The notes below the pieces were generated by a model. The model saw only the letters and a program-made list of their open reading frames with translations. It searched no databases and was not told the DNA's origin. The position numbers were made by a program, and so were the translations under genes. Shown here piece after piece: positions 26,520 through 38,630 of a DNA stretch of 64,000 nucleotides; positions within the stretch are counted from its first letter, which is position 1, and each line of letters starts with the position of its first letter. The DNA comes from Dictyostelium discoideum. Its lineage: Eukaryota. The DNA is taken from NCBI GenBank assembly GCA_000004695.1, contig CM000154.2:4256001-4320000 (forward strand), read 5' to 3'.

Positions 26520-27702
26520 ATTTTAATTTCTGGTTTCATTGATTGGAATATTTTGGGTATTGATCCTTCAATTAGTGGTGTATTCATTTTCCTAATGTTA
26601 ATTGCTTTATTGACTTAGTACAGTAGTATAATTTTGTATTATTCTATATTTCAATTTTTTTTAATAATTTCTACAGATTTATCTAATTTACAAATATCTA
26701 ATGATTGATTGAAACTTCTTTGTAAAATAATTTTTGGTATATTTTTGGGTATTGATCCTTCTATTAGTTAGATCAAAGAAATGGTACCTGATATATCTCA
26801 ACTTTAAAACTCTGACACTTGAGGGAATAATACCTGGTTCTAATGATTGGGAAAATCCATCACAAACATAAAAAATATTTACAGAATTGGGGATTGAACC
26901 AATCTTTAATGGCTTTTTAATGTCGTGTAGAAATAAATATTGAACACTCGAAGGAATAATACCAGCTTCAATTAATTGACTAAATCCATCATAAAATGAT
27001 AACCACCAAACACTTGATGGTATTGATCCTTTTACTAATGGTGTTTTAATATCACATATCTCTAAATATTTAATACCAAGTGGTAATACACCTGGTTCTA
27101 AACTTTCTTTAAATCCATCTAATAATATTACATGCTTAATATTTTTATTTGATTTGAGTTTTAATAAACTACCACAATCTTCTCCAAGTGCAATTCTATA
27201 ATTATCTTTTGGTAATTCACTGTTCTCTGAATATATATAATACTTTTCTCCAGTACCAAATTCTATTTTAAATTAAAATGTTAAAATAATTTTTTTATTT
27301 AAATAAATACTTGTTATTAAACATACTCTTTATAAATTTATAATTATTTTCATCAATTTCAATCTTAAATTTTTTACTATTATTATTACTATTATTATTA
27401 ATAAGTTCATATATTAATTTTAAGTTATTTTTTATATCATTAATTTTTTGATTATTGAATTTAATGATTTGATTATTATAATTTTTTAATTTATTTTGAT
27501 TATTGATATTTATATTATTTTTTAATAACAATAATGATTGTTGATATTGTTTAATTAGTTCAATTGTATCAGTACCTTTATGATAACCAATTATATCTTC
27601 ATCACCATAATCGATATCATCATAATTTTGTTGAATATTATTAATATTTTTTATTGAAATATTGAGTTTATCGATCATTGAGATATTATTATTTTTACTA
27701 TG

Positions 27703-27737
<35 letters not shown>

Positions 27738-28176
27738 CATTATTGATTGAAGAGGTTATATTTGCATTTTTTGATGAGTTTTCTTGGAATCCTGTTTCTA
27801 ATTGTTTTTCGATATCTAATTCAAGTATTGAGAGTATGTGATGAAGTTTTTTAAATTCTTCTTTGAGTAATTTTTTATTTTCATCATTTTGTGATTGAAT
27901 TTCATTGAAAATTTCATTGGAATCTTTTAATGTTTGTTTATTATTTCCAATTCTTTCAAGTAATTTTGGATAAACATCATCTTTAAAATTATTCATCATT
28001 GAAAGAATGTTTGATGTTGATATTGGTTCTAATCCGTGACGATGATGAGAACCATTAATGGATGTACATAAAATACAACATGGTATTAATTTACAATCTA
28101 AACATAAAAGTTCCAAATTTTTACTTGGATGAATTGAACATTTTTTATTTTTATTATTATTATTATTATTATTATA

Positions 28177-28224
<48 letters not shown>

Positions 28225-28281
28225 TGCTAATGATATCATAATATAAATTAAAAAGGTGTGATAATTTTTTCTATTATTCAA
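26520..28281 (-). pseudogene. Copy C: the B-box/coiled-coil exon is intact (328 aa, 28281-27326), but the FNIP exon is internally deleted and frameshifted.
   Basis: Exon 1 ORF 27295-28281 has the full finger [39 protein letters not shown]. Intron donor GTATGT, acceptor at 27263-64. The FNIP exon keeps about 4 repeats, then a deletion junction throws the last repeat and the tail out of frame. The 3'-end segment is duplicated at 26540-26640 and 26650-26780. Confidence 0.5.
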
Positions 28282-28324
28282 ATGAAGCTACTATTGGTTT
28301 TATGATGTTAAAAAAAACAAAAAA

Positions 28325-28356
<32 letters not shown>

Positions 28357-28700
28357 TAAAATTTCTTAAATCTTTTGAGTGTTTGTTTTTAAATTTGTAA
28401 TCTTCTCACACCCACACTCAGACATACCCACACCCTCAATTATTTTTTTATTAATAGAAATAATAAAAATTAATTAACAGTAACTTATTTAAATGTTAAA
28501 AAAAAAAGTTCCAAATACAATCAAATCCATAACATTTTGATACTCAATTTTTATTTATTTTATTTTATTTTATTTTTTTATTTTCCAAAAATATTTAATA
28601 TTTGGATAATAAAGTTCATTTAATTTCTAATGGTTTTGTTGATTAGAATAAAAAAAAAAAAACATAATATTGTAATATAATTTTTTATTATTCTATATTT

Positions 28701-30073
28701 CTAAATTAATTTAATAATTTTTACAGATTTATCTAATTTACAAATATCTAATGATTGATTAAAACTACTTTGTAAAATAACTTTTGGTATATTTTTGGGT
28801 ATTGATCCTTCAATTAGTGGTGTATCCATTATTCCTAATGTTAATTCCTTTATTGAATTTGGAATGATTCCTGGTGTTAGTTGATGTTTGAATCCTTCAT
28901 AAATACTGAGATAGGTTACAGAATTTGGTATTGAATTTACTTCTAATGATTGTTTAGTATCATATAAATATAAGAATTTCACTCCATCACTAATTATACC
29001 TGGTGTTATTAATTGATCAAAACCATTACAGAAATAAATTAGTGACTGATTTAGGAATTGATCCAGCAACTAATGGTACTTTAATATAAAAGAACCACAA
29101 ATATTTTACACTTTCTGGTATAATACCTGGTGAGAGTAATTGGCTAAAACCATTATTAAATGAAATGGATTCAACTGAATTAGGAATTGACCCAATTTGT
29201 AAATTTAAATTAATTTCATAACAAAAGTTTAATGATTTAACACCATTTGGAATAATACCTGGTTCTAGTGATTGAGAAAATCTATGAAGAAATATCAATG
29301 TTTTAACTGTTTTAGGAATTGAACCAATCTTTAATTCACTTTTAATATTATTTAAACTTAACTCTAGTATACATTCGGGTATCAAAGAAATGGTACCTAT
29401 TGATAATGGTTGATTAAATCTATTTTCTAAACAAAGATGAAAAACAGTATTTGGAATTGATCCAATCTCTAATGAATGTTTGATATCCCCTAAGTTTAAA
29501 GAACTGACTTTTGAGGGAATAATACCTGGTTCTAATGATTGGGAAAATCCATCACAAACATGCAAATGAGTTACAGAAATAGGAATTGAACCAATCTTTA
29601 ATGGCTTTTTAATGTCGTGTAGATACAAATATTTAACACTATAAGGAATAATACCAGCCTCAATTAATTGACTAAATCCATCATGAAATGATAACCAAAC
29701 AACACTTGATGGTATTGATCCTTTTACTAATGGTGTTTTAATATCACATATCTAAATATTCAATACCGAGTGGTAGTACACCTGGTTCTAAACTTTCTTT
29801 AAATCCATCTAATAATATTACATGCCTAATATTTTTATTTGATTTAAGTTTTAATAAACTACCACAATCTTCTCCAAGTGCAATTTTATCATTATCTTTT
29901 TGCAATTCACTGTTCTTTGAATATAATACTTTTCACCACTACTAATATCTATTTTTAAAATAAAATGTTAAAATACTTTTATTTTTTACATATATACTTG
30001 TAATTAAACATACTCTCTATAAATTTATAATTATTTTCATCAATTTCAATCTTAAATTTTTCATTTAATTTAC

Positions 30074-30128
<55 letters not shown>

Positions 30129-30197
30129 GTTGTTATTGTTTGTTAATGATATCATAATATAAATTAAAAAGGTGTGATAATTTTTTCTGTTGCTCAA
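28701..30197 (-). pseudogene. Copy D: B-box exon reduced to 72 aa by internal deletion; FNIP exon frameshifted.
   Basis: ORF 29979-30197 joins the N-terminus ([23 protein letters not shown]...) directly to the C-terminal tail ([31 protein letters not shown]), omitting the finger and coiled coil. The FNIP region is split into ORFs 28701-29069 and 29026-29628 and others. Confidence 0.5.
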
Positions 30198-30925
30198 AGG
30201 AAGTTATGGTTTTATGATGTGAAAAAAAAAAAGAAAAAATGTTAAAAAAAAAAATAAAAAAAAAAAAAAATTATTTTTTTCAACCTTAAATTAAGTGTTT
30301 GCTTTTAAATTTGTAATCTACTCAGGCACCCATAATTTAATTATTTTTACAACTTAATTTTTTTTAATAATCATAAAAATAGAAAAAAAAAAAAAAAAAA
30401 AAAACAAATTAGCAACATCAAACATTAATCAATACACAACAATTTTTATTTTTACACATTAAATTTTACCTATATTATTTCTATATCTCAGATTATTTGA
30501 TTTTTATCATCAAATTTAATTTTTTTTTTTTTTTTTTTTTGATGAATTAAATTTCATTAATTTAGTCATATCCAAATATAATTTTATTTTTATATTCTTA
30601 AATAATTTATTAGAATAAAAAAAGATTTTTTCTTTTTTTTTTTTTGAAAGATATTTATGGTTATAATAAAATAAAAAAAATGATAAATTAATTCGTCACC
30701 AAAAAAAAAAATGGTGTGTTCTTTTCGAATCGGGCTTTTTTTTATTTTTTTTTAATTTTTTTTTTTTTTTTTTATTATTTTTACTTTCCCACTTTTCATA
30801 TTTAAACTAAAAAAAATCAAAAAATGTAAAATTAAAGTATTTATCTTTTTAATATTAAAAACAATAACAATATATATAAATTAATAAATAAGTTACTCAA
30901 TATTAAATTATTATTATTATTATTA

Positions 30926-30969
<44 letters not shown>

Positions 30970-30972
30970 GGA

Positions 30973-31945
30973 ATGTCACAAAATGATAAGAAAGTTTTTT
31001 ATATTACTGGTGCAAGTAAAGGATTTGGTTTAGAATTAACCAATCAATTACTTGAGAGAGGATTTAATGTTGTGGCAACTTCAAGAAATAAACAACAATT
31101 ATCAAATAGTGTGAATAATAAATTTGTTACAAATGATAACTTTTTAGCATTACAAGTTGATCTCACATCCAATGAATCAGTAAAGAATTCAATTGATGAA
31201 ACAATCTCAAAATTCACTCGTATTGATGTTATCATTAATAATGCAGGTTATTCACAATGTGGTACAATTGAAGAATTAACAGATAAAGAAATTAGAGATA
31301 ACTTTGAATGTAATGTTTTCGGTGTTATCTCTGTAATTCGTAATGCACTTCCACATTTACGTATAAATAAGTTTTTTGCAAATGGGCCTAGAATAATTAA
31401 CATTTCATCAATTGCTGGATTTACAGGATCATTTCCAGGATTTAGTATTTATTCATCAACTAAATTCGCATTGGAAGGTTTAACAGAAGGTTTGAATGAA
31501 GATTTGAAAGAGTTTGGTATACATGCATCAACTGTATTACCAGGTTATTTTAGAACATCATTTTTAGAGAAAGGTTCAGTGGCAGTTCCATCACATCCAA
31601 TTAAAGAATATACAGCAGTTAGAAAAATTCAAGAAATTCATGAAAATCAAATTAATGGTAATCAACAAGGTGATCCTGTAAAAGGTTGTAAAGTTATCAT
31701 TGATCATGCATTATCTGAAAATCCAACAACTCATCTTTTCTTAGGTCCAGACTCAATGAAATATGCTCAATCCAAAATTGAAGCAATTCAAAATGATATC
31801 AAATCAAATTATGTATGTTTTTTTTTTTTTTTTTTATTTCATTAATAATTCTTTATTTAAATCATAATATTAATATTAAAATTTTTATCATTATTGTTGA
31901 ACATAAATTTAGGATGCAGCTTCTAAAACTGATTTCACAAATTAA
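30973..31945 (+). CDS. Classical short-chain dehydrogenase/reductase (SDR).
   Basis: Exon 1 is 30973-31812 (TGASKGFG Rossmann motif, NNAG, catalytic YSSTK), followed by GTATGT and a T-run. Putative terminal micro-exon 31913-31945 (DAASKTDFTN-stop) after the acceptor at 31911-12. The micro-exon sequence is conserved in captured fragments at 34841 and 38582. Confidence 0.6.
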
Positions 31946-31983
31946 TTTAATAAATAAAAATAAAAAAAAAAGTACAATTTACT

Positions 31984-32019
<36 letters not shown>

Positions 32020-32134
32020 TAAAGTAATTTCTAAATCACCAATGGTTGTTTTATATGATCTTTTATTATTAAAATCTTAAATATTATTCAAATTAAAATT
32101 TGGTACAATTTATTTTTTATTTTAAATTTTTCTT

Positions 32135-32171
<37 letters not shown>

Positions 32172-32391
32172 GTAAATAAAAAAAAAAATACAAAAAAACT
32201 TAAACAATTAAAATCAAGATGTCATCAATTAATTTATGATCATGAAAAAGATAAGGATTAATTAAGAGCTGGTATTAATTTGGTTAAAATTAATTGTTAA
32301 AGCTAAAGAATTGTTTTCTCAAAAAAAAAAAAATCTATTTAAAAAATGAAAAACTAAATAGAGTAATGTGTTTTTTATTATTACTATTTTT

Positions 32392-33636
32392 CTAATTTTG
32401 TTTGATAATTTCCACAGATTTATCTAATTTACAAATATCTAATGATAGATTGAAACTTCTTTGTAAAATAATTTTTGGTATATTTTTGGGTATAGATCCT
32501 TCAATTAGTGGTGTATTCATTATTCCTAATTTTAATTGCTTTATTGAATTTGGAATGATTCCTGGTGTTAGTTGATGTTTGAATCCTTGATAAATACTGA
32601 GATTTGTTACAGAATTCGGCATTGAAATTACTTCTAATGATTGTTTAGTATCATATAAATATAAGAATTTCACTCCATCACTAATTATACCTGGTGTTAT
32701 TAATTGATCGAAACCATTACACAAATATAAATTAGTGACTGATTTAGGAATTGATCCGACAATTAATGGTGATTTAATATTACAGAACCATAAATATTTT
32801 ACACTTTCTGGTATAATACCTGGTGAGAGTAATTGGTTAAAACCACTATTGAACCAAATGGATTCAACTGAATTTGGAATTGAACCAATCTTTATTTCAC
32901 TTTTAATATTATTTAAACTTAACTCTTGTATACCTTCAGGTATCAAAGAAATGGTACCGATTGATAATGGTTGATTAAGTCCATCTTCTAAACAAAGATA
33001 TTCAACAGTTTTTGGAATTGATCCAATCTCCAATGAATGTTTGATATCTCCTAAATTTAAAGATCTGACCCCTGAGGGTATAATACCTGTTTTTAATGAT
33101 TGGGAAAATCCATCACAAACATACAAACTTTTTACAGAAATAGGAATCGAACCAATCTTTAATGGCTTTTTAATGTCGTGTAGACATAAATATTCGACAC
33201 TATAAGGAATAACACCAGCTTCAATTGATTGACTAAATCCATCATAAAAAGTTAACCGCCTAACACTCGATGGTATTGATCCTTTTACTAATGGTGTTTT
33301 AATATCACATATCTCTAAATATTTAATACCAAGTGGTAATACATGTGGTTCTAAACTTTCTTTGAATCCATCTAATAATATTACATGCTTAATATTTTCA
33401 TTTGATTTAAGTTTTAATAAACTACCACAATCTTCTCCAAGTGCAACTTTATCATTATCTTTTGGTAATTCAATGTTCTCTGAATATATATAATACTTTT
33501 CACCAATACCAAATTCTATTTTTAAAATTAAAATGTTAATATACTTTTATTATTTACATATATACTTGTAATTAAACATACTCTCTATAAATTTATAATT
33601 ATTTTCATCAATTTCAATCTTAAATTTTTCATTTAG

Positions 33637-33717
<81 letters not shown>

Positions 33718-34442
33718 AAGTTCATATATTAATTTTAAATTATATTTAATATCATCAATTATCTGGTTATCGAATTTAATGATTTGATTATTATATTCTT
33801 TTAATTTATTTTGATTATTGATATTTATATTATTTTTTAATAATAATAATGATTGTTGATATTGTTTGATTAGCTGAATTGTATCAGTACCTTTATGATA
33901 ACCAATAATATCTTCATCACCATAATCATAATCATCATAATTTTGTTGAACATTATTAATATTTTTTATGGAATTATTTAATTTATCAATCATTGAGTTA
34001 TTATTATTATTGTTATTATCATTATCGATTGAAGAGGTAATAGTTGTATTTATTAATGTATTTTCTTGGAATACTGTTTCTAATTGTTTTTCGATGTCTA
34101 ATTAAAGTATTGAGAGTATGTGATGAAGTTTTTTAAATTCATCTTTAAGTAATTTTTTATTTTCATCATTTTGTGATTGAATTTCATTGAAAATTTCATT
34201 GGAATCTTTTAATGTTTGTTTATTATTTCCAATTCTTTCAAGTAATTTTGGATAAACATCATCTTTAAAATTATTCATCATTGAAATAATGTTTGATGTT
34301 GATATTGGTTCTAATCCATGACGATGATGAGAACCATTACTGGATGCACATAAAATACAACATGGTATTAATTTACAATCTAAACATAAAAGTTCAACAT
34401 TTTTACTTGGATGAATTGAACATTTTTTATTATTATCATTAC

Positions 34443-34495
<53 letters not shown>

Positions 34496-34563
34496 TTATT
34501 ATTATTTGCTAATGACATCATAATATAAATTAAAAAGGTGTGATAATTTTTTCTATTGTTCAA
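32392..34563 (-). pseudogene. Copy E: full-length B-box/FNIP paralog inactivated by one nonsense codon in exon 1.
   Basis: Exon 1 is 34563-33592, intron 33591-33516, exon 2 33515-32392 with an open FNIP frame. The minus-sense TAA at 34104-34102 corresponds to the GAA (Glu) in ...[16 protein letters not shown]... of the intact copies. This splits exon 1 into ORFs 34102-34563 and 33550-33993. Confidence 0.55.
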
Positions 34564-36029
34564 ATGAAGTTATTATTGGTTTTTGGTGGTAAAAAAAAAT
34601 AAAAAAAAAATAAAAAAAAATTATTTCCAAAATCTTTAAGTTTTTATTAAAAAAAATTTAAAAAATTAATTTAAAAATAGAAAATGATTAAAAAAAGTGG
34701 TCGTAAACAACAATTTTTTACATTTTTATTATCTTTTTTCATATTATGTATAATGTGCCTTTGATTATTACAAATAATTTATTAGAATTAATTCATTCTT
34801 TTTTCTTTTTTTTTTTTTATGGTTAACCTAAATAAATTTAGGATGCAGCTTCTATAACTGGTTTCACTGATTTTTAATAAAAAAAAAAAAAAAGATGTAC
34901 AATTAAAATATTAATTTCATGATAATGTTTTTTGGAAATTAATTTTTTTTTTTTTTTTTTTTTTTATTACATTATCATGAAATTGTTGAATTTGAAGATG
35001 ATATATATCTTAGTTCTTCTTTTAAAGTGTAAACTTCACGTTTTAAAGTGGAAACTTCATTATTTAATTTATTGTTTTCATCCAATAGCGATTTATATTA
35101 ATTTTGATTTGGTAATTGATCTCTTAAACCATAAAAACATAAAAAACTTGGTATACATCCATCCAAAATATGATTTTTTATATCAGAAAAGTGTTTACCT
35201 TTTGGAAAAAAAAAAATGAAAAATAAAATTAAAAAAAAAAATGAAAATTTTTTTTTTTTTTTTTTTTTTGGTCATTTTTAATAAAATTTAAGGGAGTCAC
35301 TTTGCATGTAAATTATTGTTTAAAAAAAAAAAAAAAATTTTCAAAAAAAAAAAAAACATTTTTTCTAATAATATTTAAGGGAGTCGCTTTAAAAAAAAAA
35401 ATAAAAAAAAAAAAAAAGGCGAAATTTTTAGACCCAACCACCTTAGTAATATTAAAAAAAAAAAATATCTGATTGGTGCAATTATAATTAATTAACTCTA
35501 GTAAAGAGTAATGATTTTTTTTAATTTTTTTCTTTTATTTTTATTTTATTTTATTTTATTTTTTAATAAATAATTAATAGAAATAAAAAAAAAAAATACA
35601 AAAAAAAAAAAAAAAATAATAAAAATGGATGAAGCGCCAGCAATTAAAATTTTAGATAATATAATAAACTCAACAACATTGATGTAGTACTATTGATGTA
35701 AGAATTGAAAAAAAAGATTAAGAAATTAAACAAGAAACTTTACAATTAAAATCGTTTCAATTGAAGAAGAGATTAAAAACTCAAACAATTAAAATCAAGA
35801 TGTCAACAATTAATTGATGATTATGAACAAGATAAAGATTTAATAAGTGTTGGTATTAATTTAGTTGATGAATTAAATGTTGGGGCTATTCTCAAAATGG
35901 TTTTAAAATTGAGAATTTGTTAATTAATTATTATTTTAATTAAAACAATAAAAAAAAAAAAAAAAAAAAATCAATTTAAAAAAATAAAAACTTAATACAG
36001 TAATATAATTATTTATTACTATTATTCTA

Positions 36030-37280
36030 TTATAATTTAATAATTTCTACAGATTTATCTAATTTACAAATATCTAATGATTGATCAAAATTATATTGTA
36101 AAATAATTTTTGGAATATTTTTGGGTATTGATCCTTCAATTAGTGGTGCATTCATTTTTCCTAAATTTAATTGCTTTATTGAATTTGGAATGATTCCTGG
36201 TGTTAGTTGATGTTTGAATCCTTCACAAATACTGAGATTTGTTACAGAATTTGGTATTGAATTCACTTCTAATGAAATAGTATCACATAATTGTAAGAAT
36301 TTCACTCCATCACTAATTATACCTGGTGTTATTAATTGATCGAAACCATTATAGAAATTTAATTCAGTGACTGATTTAGGAATTGATCCAACAACTAATG
36401 GTACTTTAATATTATAGAAGAATAAGGATTTAACACTATCTGGTATAATACCTGGTGAGAGTAATTGGTTAAAACCATCATTAAACTGAATGGATTCAAC
36501 TGATTTAGGAAGTGATCCAATCTTTAATTCACTTTTAATATTATTTAAACCTAACGATTGTATACCTTCAGGTATCAAAGAAATGGTACCGATTGATAAT
36601 GGTTGATTAAATCCATTTCCTAAATTTAGATGAGCAACAGTTTTTGGAATTGATCCAATCTCTAATGAGCGTTTGATATCTCTTAAAATTAAAGATCCGA
36701 CCCTTGAGGGAATAATACCTGGTTCTAGTGATTGGGAAAATCCATCACAAACATGCAATTGAGCTACAGAATTAGGAATTGAACCAATCTTTAATGGCTT
36801 TTTAATGTCGTGTAGATATAACCATATAAAACTCGAAGGAATAATACCAGCCTCAATTGATTGATTAAATCCATCATGAAATGATAACCGCCTAACACTT
36901 GATGGTATTGATCCTTTAACTAATGGTGTTTTAATATCACATATATCTAAATATTCAATACCAAGTGGTAATACACCTGGTTCTAAACTTTCTTTAAATC
37001 CATCTAATAATATTACATCCTTTAAATTTTTATTTGATTTAAGTTTTAATAAACTACCACAATCTTCTCCAAGTGCAATTTTATAATTATAAATATCTTT
37101 TGGTAATTCACTGTCCTCTGAATATATATAATATTTTTCACTAGTACCAATTTCTATTTTTAAATTAAAATGTTAATATACTTTTATTATTTACATATAT
37201 ATACTTGTAATTAAACATACTTTTTATAAATTTATAATTATTTTCATCAATTTCAATCTTAAATTTTTCATTTAATTTAC

Positions 37281-37353
<73 letters not shown>

Positions 37354-37659
37354 ATTATTATTCTTATCATTATTATTAATAAGTTCATAAATTAGTTTTA
37401 AATTATTTTTAATACCATCAATTGTTTGATTATCGAATTTAATTATTTGATTATTATATTCTTTTAATTTATTTCGATTATTGATATTAATATTATTTTT
37501 TAATAACAATAATGATTGTTGATATTGTTTAATTAGTTGAATTGTATCAGTATCTTTATGATAACCATTAATATCTTCATCACCACAATCGTAATCATCG
37601 TAATTTTGTTGAATATTATTAATATTCTTAATTGAATTATTTAATTTATCAATCATTGA

Positions 37660-37743
<84 letters not shown>

Positions 37744-38295
37744 ATTATTATTATTATTATTATAATTATTATTACTAATATTTTTATTATAATTACTATT
37801 ATCATTATCATTATCATTATCGATTGAAGAGGTAATAGTTGCATTTATTAATGTATTTTCTTGGAATACCGTTTCTAATTGTTTTTCAATATCTAATTCA
37901 AGTATTGAGAGTATGTGGTGAAGTTTTTTAAATTCATCTTTGAGTAATTTTTTATTTTCATCATTTTGTGATTGAATTTCATTGAAAATTTCATTGGAAT
38001 CTTTTAATGTTTGTTTATTATCTCCAAATCTTTCAAGTAATTTTGGACAAATATCATCTTTAAAATTATTCATCATTGAAAGAATGTTTGATGTTGATAT
38101 TGGTTCTAATCGATGACGATGATGAGAACCATTACTTGATGTACATAAAATACAACATGGCATTAATTTACAATCTAAACATAAAAGTTTCACACTTTTA
38201 CTTGGATGGATTGAACATTTTTTATTATTATTATTATTTATTAATGACATCATAATATAAATTAAAAAGGTGTGATAATTTTTTCTATTGTTCAA
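36030..38295 (-). CDS. Copy F: intact B-box zinc finger / coiled-coil / double poly-Asn / FNIP-repeat protein.
   Basis: Exon 1 is 38295-37221 (376-aa ORF with finger [39 protein letters not shown] and two (AAT)n tracts of 40+ Asn). Donor GTATGT. Intron 37220-37154. Exon 2 is 37153-36030 with a continuous FNIP-repeat frame. Confidence 0.6.
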
Positions 38296-38465
38296 ATGAA
38301 GTTATTATTGGTTTTTGTGTTGTAAAAAAAAAATGAAAAAATGAAAAAAAAAAAAAAAAAAAATTTCTTAAATCTTTAAGTGTTTGATTTTAAATTTGTG
38401 ATATAAAATTAAAAGTAATTTTAAAAAAATTAAAAAAGATTATAAATTAATTTATTTTATTCTCA

Positions 38466-38630
38466 GGTCAATGCAATATGCTCAATCTAAAATTGATTCA
38501 AAATGATATCAAATCAATTATGTGTTTTTTTTTTTTTCTTTTATTTAAATATCACTATATTAATATTAAAATTTTAATCACCTAAATTAATTTAGGATGC
38601 AGCTTCTAAAACTGATTTACTATTTAATAA
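38466..38630 (+). pseudogene. Captured 3'-end fragment of the SDR gene (last about 20 codons, intron and micro-exon), part of the tandem amplicon.
   Basis: TCAATGCAATATGCTCAATCTAAAATTGATTCAAAATGATATCAAATCAATTATGTGTTTTTT and TTAATTTAGGATGCAGCTTCTAAAACTGATTT match 31750-31945. A third copy is at 34841-34885. Confidence 0.5.

Noticed and set aside
37653-37844. Poly-Ile ORF (-), plus the poly-Leu ORF 56453-56857 and the poly-Phe/Lys ORFs at 10914-11162, 42345-42968 and 44722-45123.
   Set aside because: These are translations of (AAT)n/(ATT)n or A/T homopolymer tracts in the wrong strand or frame.
16924-38330. Regularly spaced repeats in the 16.9-38.3 kb paralog array, considered as a CRISPR-like or prokaryotic defence island.
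   Set aside because: The units are 2-5 kb intron-containing eukaryotic genes, not 25-40-bp direct repeats with spacers. Composition, introns and poly-N tracts place the whole window in a Dictyostelid nuclear genome.
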